From an uncultured virus (IMG/VR IMGVR_UViG_3300026549_002477) (lineage: Duplodnaviria > Heunggongvirae > Uroviricota > Caudoviricetes), in the IMG/VR virus record IMGVR_UViG_3300026549_002477: a stretch of DNA of 64,000 nt; one strand, written 5' to 3'. Position numbers and translations under genes: made by a program. Positions 59,967 to 64,000 of the stretch are shown here, in pieces; positions within the stretch are counted from its first letter, which is position 1, and each line of letters opens with the position of its first letter. A model generated the notes under the pieces. The model saw only the letters and a list, made by a program, of their open reading frames with translations. It did no database searches and was not told the DNA's origin.

Positions 59967-60467
59967 ATGATTACAATTAATAATGAGATCGATGCCGCTA
60001 ATGTTAAGCTCGTGAAGGAGGACGGGACAGGTGTAGAGATTATTCCTACTTCTGAAGCGTTGAGTATGGCTGAGGAAAGGGGAGAAGACCTGATTTGCAT
60101 TAGTAATTCTGGGGATATACCTGTTGTAAAGATTGAAGATTACAACAAGTATATGTATAATCTCAAGAGAAAAGCTAAGGATAAGCAGAAGAAACAGAAG
60201 TCATGCGACACAAAAGAGATTGTGATCAGTGATGTGATTGCTGAGCATGACTTGGATGTGAAAGCTAAACATATTGATAAGATGCTTAATGACGGAGATA
60301 AGGTTCTGCTGACAATCCGATACAAAGGACGGGCAGTGAAGTTTATTGATGAAGGCCCAGATAAGTTGTACCATTTAGCTGAAAAGGTTACTGCTCCTTA
60401 TAAGATTGAGAAGAAACCTAAGATTAATGGGAATACAGTAAGCATGATGATATCTGCTAAAAACTAA
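59967..60467 (+). CDS. infC: Translation initiation factor IF-3
   Basis: INNEI...VKLV..DG...EAL..AEE.G.DL, PVVKIEDY.KY.Y, KEI...I.EHDLDVK, GDKV.L.IRYKGR. Confidence 0.95.
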   Translation: MITINNEIDAANVKLVKEDGTGVEIIPTSEALSMAEERGEDLICISNSGDIPVVKIEDYNKYMYNLKRKAKDKQKKQKSCDTKEIVISDVIAEHDLDVKAKHIDKMLNDGDKVLLTIRYKGRAVKFIDEGPDKLYHLAEKVTAPYKIEKKPKINGNTVSMMISAKN

Positions 60468-60473
60468 ATATAC

Positions 60474-60506
60474 GGGTGGTAGGATATATTGTCCTACCAC
60501 TTTTTT
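60474..60506 (+). terminator. Rho-independent terminator after infC
   Basis: gtggtagga ... tcctaccac followed by tttttt. Confidence 0.9.
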
Positions 60507-60577
60507 ATTGCATCATAAAAATTGACCAATTTTATAGTTACCAATGTAATTTAAATTTAGTTTTTGGAGGTGACATG

Positions 60578-63007
60578 ATGTTTTATCTGTTAGGCATAAT
60601 ATACAATGCTAATAATAAAGATATTTGCGGATACAGAATATGTAATACTGACAATATAAAAGTTGTCAATAATACTCCATATGTAGAATGTCACGACATT
60701 GGTGCTAAAGCTGTTTATCAAGGTATATTGAATAAACAGATAGATATAAATGGTCTTGGTTTGGATTCAAAAAATCCTGGAGAATTAAAAGGAACCAATG
60801 GAGTTTTTGAAGGATATCCAATTATAATAGCAGCAAAAGGGAATAATGGAGTAACAAAATCTTTAGTTAATACTGGTAGAAATATACTTGTAGGTTCTAT
60901 AGGAACTGATGGATATAGAATTATATCTGGGGAAGGAAGAGTATTTGACTTAAGATTAAATGATATACTTGTTACAATTCCATTGAATAGGATAAAGGAT
61001 TCTATATCAAATGCAAAAGTAATTAAGCGTGATAACATGATATATTTGTCACCTAAGGGTGACGGGCCACTTCCTGAAATACCTGAAGAAAAATCATTCT
61101 TACCTAAGGAAAAGAAGGATTTTACTAAAGTCAAAGTTAATGATAAGAAAGAAATAAAGACTGAACAGGATAAAAAATTAAATGCAAATGGAATAAATAT
61201 TTCTACAGTTAAAAAGATGAGAAACCGTAGTGATATTTATAGTCCATATAGGCCAAGGGTAATAACAAATGCTACTAGACAAGAATCTATGAGAAAAGTC
61301 AAGGATCCTAAAAGTGGAATGACTGTAGAACAGAAGATGGCTTATTGCCTGTTAGGTTTACAGGAGTTAAAACCTTTTTACTATGCACTTTTAGCTGGAC
61401 TTAAAAGAGTAGAAGTTGATCAAGAGAAAACTGGTATAAATACAATGGCTGTGTCAATGGACACATTGTTTTATTCACCAGAATTTGTATTGACAACACC
61501 AGTAGATGAATTATTATTTGTTGTAATGCATGAAGTTAGCCATGTAGCAATGGCACATGCAGCTCGTGAAGATGATAGAGATCATTACTATTGGAATGTA
61601 GCTTGTGACTTATACATAAATAAAACTATTGCTGATGAGATAAAAGTACAAAATCCTGGTGACTCTGGAGTACTTCAGTCAGCATTACATGGTAAAGTTT
61701 TGTATAATATTACACTGCCAGAACATGTATTGTTTAATCCAGAGGTAGATGTAAAGACAGATACACCGGAATCAATTTATAGGGAATTAAAAAAGCAAAA
61801 TGATGATCAAAAACAGGGTAATGGTCAACAAGGCAGTGGTCAACAAGGCAGTGGTCAACAAGGCAGTGGTCAACAAGGCAGTGGCCAGCAGAGTGGGAAC
61901 CAGCAAGAAAATAATGATCAGCAAGGCAGTGGCCAACAAAATGATCAGCAAGGCAGTGGCCAACAAAATGATCAGCAAGGCAGTGGCCAACAAAATGATC
62001 AGCAAGGCAGTGGTCAACAAAATGATCAGCAAGGAAATAACGAACAACAGAACAATGGCAATCAACAAGGAACTGATGGTGATCAATCTAAATATGGTGA
62101 TAAACAAGGAGCCGATGAAGCAGATCAACAAGGTCCTGATCCAAAACGTAGCCTAGAAGGAAAAGAGTTTAGAGGTCACAAATTAAGTAATACTAAATCA
62201 GACATGGTACAGTCTGAAAAAGAAAGTAAACTTGACAATGCTGTAAAACAACAACTAGCAAGAGATAGAATCAAGAGGGCTATTACTACTGCTAGAACTG
62301 CTGGATATGGCAATAAAATGTTTGGTGTTGGTGCAGGAAATCTTGAAGGTGAACTTCAAAAGATTTTAGCACCAAAGGTTGACTGGAGAAGAGCTATTAA
62401 AGGGTACGTTTTAAAGAAGTCTAATAAAACGGAAACTAATTACAAAGCTTATAAGAGATCTGATATAACTAGGTCACAGATGTTTCATCCAGAGAGAAGA
62501 AATGCTCCAATAATAATTCCAAGACCAGGGCAAAAGAAAATAGATGCTGATCTTACAGGTTTAAAGATATGCATAGATACTTCTGGGTCAATAAGTACAG
62601 ATGAATTAAACACATTTGCATCTCAGGTAATGCAATTAACTGGCGTTAGATACAGAAGTAAATATCATATAGTGGCTCCAGAAGTTATTTATTGGGACAG
62701 TAGTGTTTCAGCAGTATATCAGCTAGATAAGATAGAAGACATAATAAAATCCAAGCCAATGGGTGGAGGAGGAACTGATCCGAATTGTTTGTTTAGCTAC
62801 TTTGAGACAAATAAGGATTATTCAAAAGGTATTAGATCAAAGCCTGAATTAGTTGTTATATTTACTGATGGTTATGTGCCAGACATAGCAGATAAATATA
62901 GTAAATTAAGATATAGAGTAATTTGGGTTCTTACCACTCAACATAATGGACTTTTTAAGCCAGGAGTTGGAAAAGTTTGTACAATCAATTGCGATGAATT
63001 AGTATAG
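60578..63007 (+). CDS. DUF2201-type metallopeptidase-vWA protein with an N-terminal DUF3892-like extension
   Basis: GGAGGTG RBS. TMAV, HEVSH (HExxH), WNVACDLYIN, PE.IY; Q/G linker; VDWR; vWA motifs IDTSGS, GGGGT, FTDG. Confidence 0.87.
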   Translation: MFYLLGIIYNANNKDICGYRICNTDNIKVVNNTPYVECHDIGAKAVYQGILNKQIDINGLGLDSKNPGELKGTNGVFEGYPIIIAAKGNNGVTKSLVNTGRNILVGSIGTDGYRIISGEGRVFDLRLNDILVTIPLNRIKDSISNAKVIKRDNMIYLSPKGDGPLPEIPEEKSFLPKEKKDFTKVKVNDKKEIKTEQDKKLNANGINISTVKKMRNRSDIYSPYRPRVITNATRQESMRKVKDPKSGMTVEQKMAYCLLGLQELKPFYYALLAGLKRVEVDQEKTGINTMAVSMDTLFYSPEFVLTTPVDELLFVVMHEVSHVAMAHAAREDDRDHYYWNVACDLYINKTIADEIKVQNPGDSGVLQSALHGKVLYNITLPEHVLFNPEVDVKTDTPESIYRELKKQNDDQKQGNGQQGSGQQGSGQQGSGQQGSGQQSGNQQENNDQQGSGQQNDQQGSGQQNDQQGSGQQNDQQGSGQQNDQQGNNEQQNNGNQQGTDGDQSKYGDKQGADEADQQGPDPKRSLEGKEFRGHKLSNTKSDMVQSEKESKLDNAVKQQLARDRIKRAITTARTAGYGNKMFGVGAGNLEGELQKILAPKVDWRRAIKGYVLKKSNKTETNYKAYKRSDITRSQMFHPERRNAPIIIPRPGQKKIDADLTGLKICIDTSGSISTDELNTFASQVMQLTGVRYRSKYHIVAPEVIYWDSSVSAVYQLDKIEDIIKSKPMGGGGTDPNCLFSYFETNKDYSKGIRSKPELVVIFTDGYVPDIADKYSKLRYRVIWVLTTQHNGLFKPGVGKVCTINCDELV
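61826..62034 (+). repeat. In-frame tandem repeats: 15-bp (QQGSG x4) and 27-bp (NDQQGSGQQ x4)
   Basis: caacaaggcagtggt units at 61826-61885; aatgatcagcaaggcagtggccaacaa units at 61913-62020. Confidence 0.93.
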
Positions 63008-63029
63008 ATTAATAGGAGGATATTAGACA

Positions 63030-64000
63030 ATGGGAACATCTAATATGAGTTTAAAGCAGTTTAGAGATTGCGTAAAAGAAGAAATTGAAGCCAGCATGGC
63101 TACAGATAATCCTGATGAACAGCTTTGGGGACCTGACCTTGCTCTTGGGCCTGCTGGCATGGGTAAAACTTGGAGCATTCATGCATTAGCAAAAGAGCTT
63201 GGAATTGGATATAAAGAAATACGTTTACTGAGCATAGATCCTCAGGACATTACTGGTCTTGTCGATATTCAAGAGATATATCAGAAAAAGCCTGACGGAA
63301 GTCTAGTTCTTGATGCCAATGGCAGTCCTATTCCTGTCCGTGATTCTAATGGCAATATTAAGAAGAAAACAAGTTATTTTGCAAATGAACTTATGCCACG
63401 TGTAGAAACTGATGGAGAATATGGTATTCTTGTATTTGATGAAATTACATCAGCATCTAGGGCAAATAGAACAGCTGTATATGGTTTACTTGACTCAACT
63501 AGAAAGATTGGTAGCTATGTATTACCACCACACTGGAAGGTAGTTTGTTTAGGAAACAGTATTAATGATGGTGGTGACTTTGAAGGTTTGGAGCAGGCAT
63601 TTATTTCTAGATGCACAACTGCTACATATCTAAATTGCAACACGGATGACTGGCTTGACTGGGCTCGTGCAAATAATGTCAACCCATCAGTAATAGCATA
63701 CATTGAGTATGATAAGTCAAGACTGTATCCACATAGTCTTGGTGACGTAAATGATTCTGATTTTGAAGAGGGTGGCATTGCTCTTAATCCTACACCTCGT
63801 AGCTGGACAGCTCTTAGTAGTAAATTGACAATCTATGAAAAGATGCTTAAACAGAAGACTGGTCAGGAATACCTTCCATACGAGAGAGTGGAATTATATG
63901 CTCAGGCAACTGTCGGTGATGAATTTTCATCAGAGTTTGCAACTTTTTACAACCTTAATAATGAATTGATTCCTATTGAAAGCATTATTAAAGGCGAAGT
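63030..64000 (+). CDS. MoxR-like AAA+ ATPase, 3'-truncated by the window edge
   Basis: Not in the ORF track. AGGAGG RBS; my translation gives MGTSNMSL...GPAGMGKT (Walker A), GILVFDEI (Walker B), VVCLGN, AFISR, TPRSW. Confidence 0.9.
   Translation, partial: MGTSNMSLKQFRDCVKEEIEASMATDNPDEQLWGPDLALGPAGMGKTWSIHALAKELGIGYKEIRLLSIDPQDITGLVDIQEIYQKKPDGSLVLDANGSPIPVRDSNGNIKKKTSYFANELMPRVETDGEYGILVFDEITSASRANRTAVYGLLDSTRKIGSYVLPPHWKVVCLGNSINDGGDFEGLEQAFISRCTTATYLNCNTDDWLDWARANNVNPSVIAYIEYDKSRLYPHSLGDVNDSDFEEGGIALNPTPRSWTALSSKLTIYEKMLKQKTGQEYLPYERVELYAQATVGDEFSSEFATFYNLNNELIPIESIIKGE

Noticed and set aside
60476..60574. Listed upstream start of the 843-aa ORF
   Set aside because: It overlaps the infC terminator. 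The GGAGGTG RBS supports a start at 60575 or 60578.
1..64000. Stop-codon reassignment, or a prophage/jumbo phage structural module
   Set aside because: Conserved genes are full-length under the standard code, and no capsid, portal, terminase, tail or integrase genes were recognised.

Overview
AT-rich, Clostridia/Lachnospiraceae-like DNA in which every supportable gene lies on the + strand. It looks like part of a very large extrachromosomal element: a megaplasmid/ICE-like replicon, or less likely a jumbo phage (no capsid, terminase or tail genes were recognised). 2.5-33.5 kb is a long membrane/secretion locus resembling a divergent Gram-positive conjugation system: three paralogous two-TM proteins, two giant membrane proteins, a PrgI/VirB3-like protein, a TadZ/MinD-like ATPase, a VirB4-like ATPase, an FtsK/TcpA-like ATPase and an NTF2-like lipoprotein. 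A Hef-like endonuclease gene sits inside it. 34-52 kb is an autonomous replication/topology module: SNF2-like helicase, degenerate DnaC-like protein, type II topoisomerase B and A subunits, DnaB, GIY-YIG, RuvC-like and ParB-HNH, with dnaX near the window start. The rest holds a lipoprotein, a GGDEF/EAL protein, infC with a structured leader and a metallopeptidase-vWA/MoxR pair. Most unusual: an NAD-dependent ligase apparently split into two degenerate genes about 8 kb apart; two small domains (DUF3892-like and PGDYG-like) shuffled across several ORFs; and many in-frame tandem repeats. All calls come from reading motifs by eye; no database searches were run.
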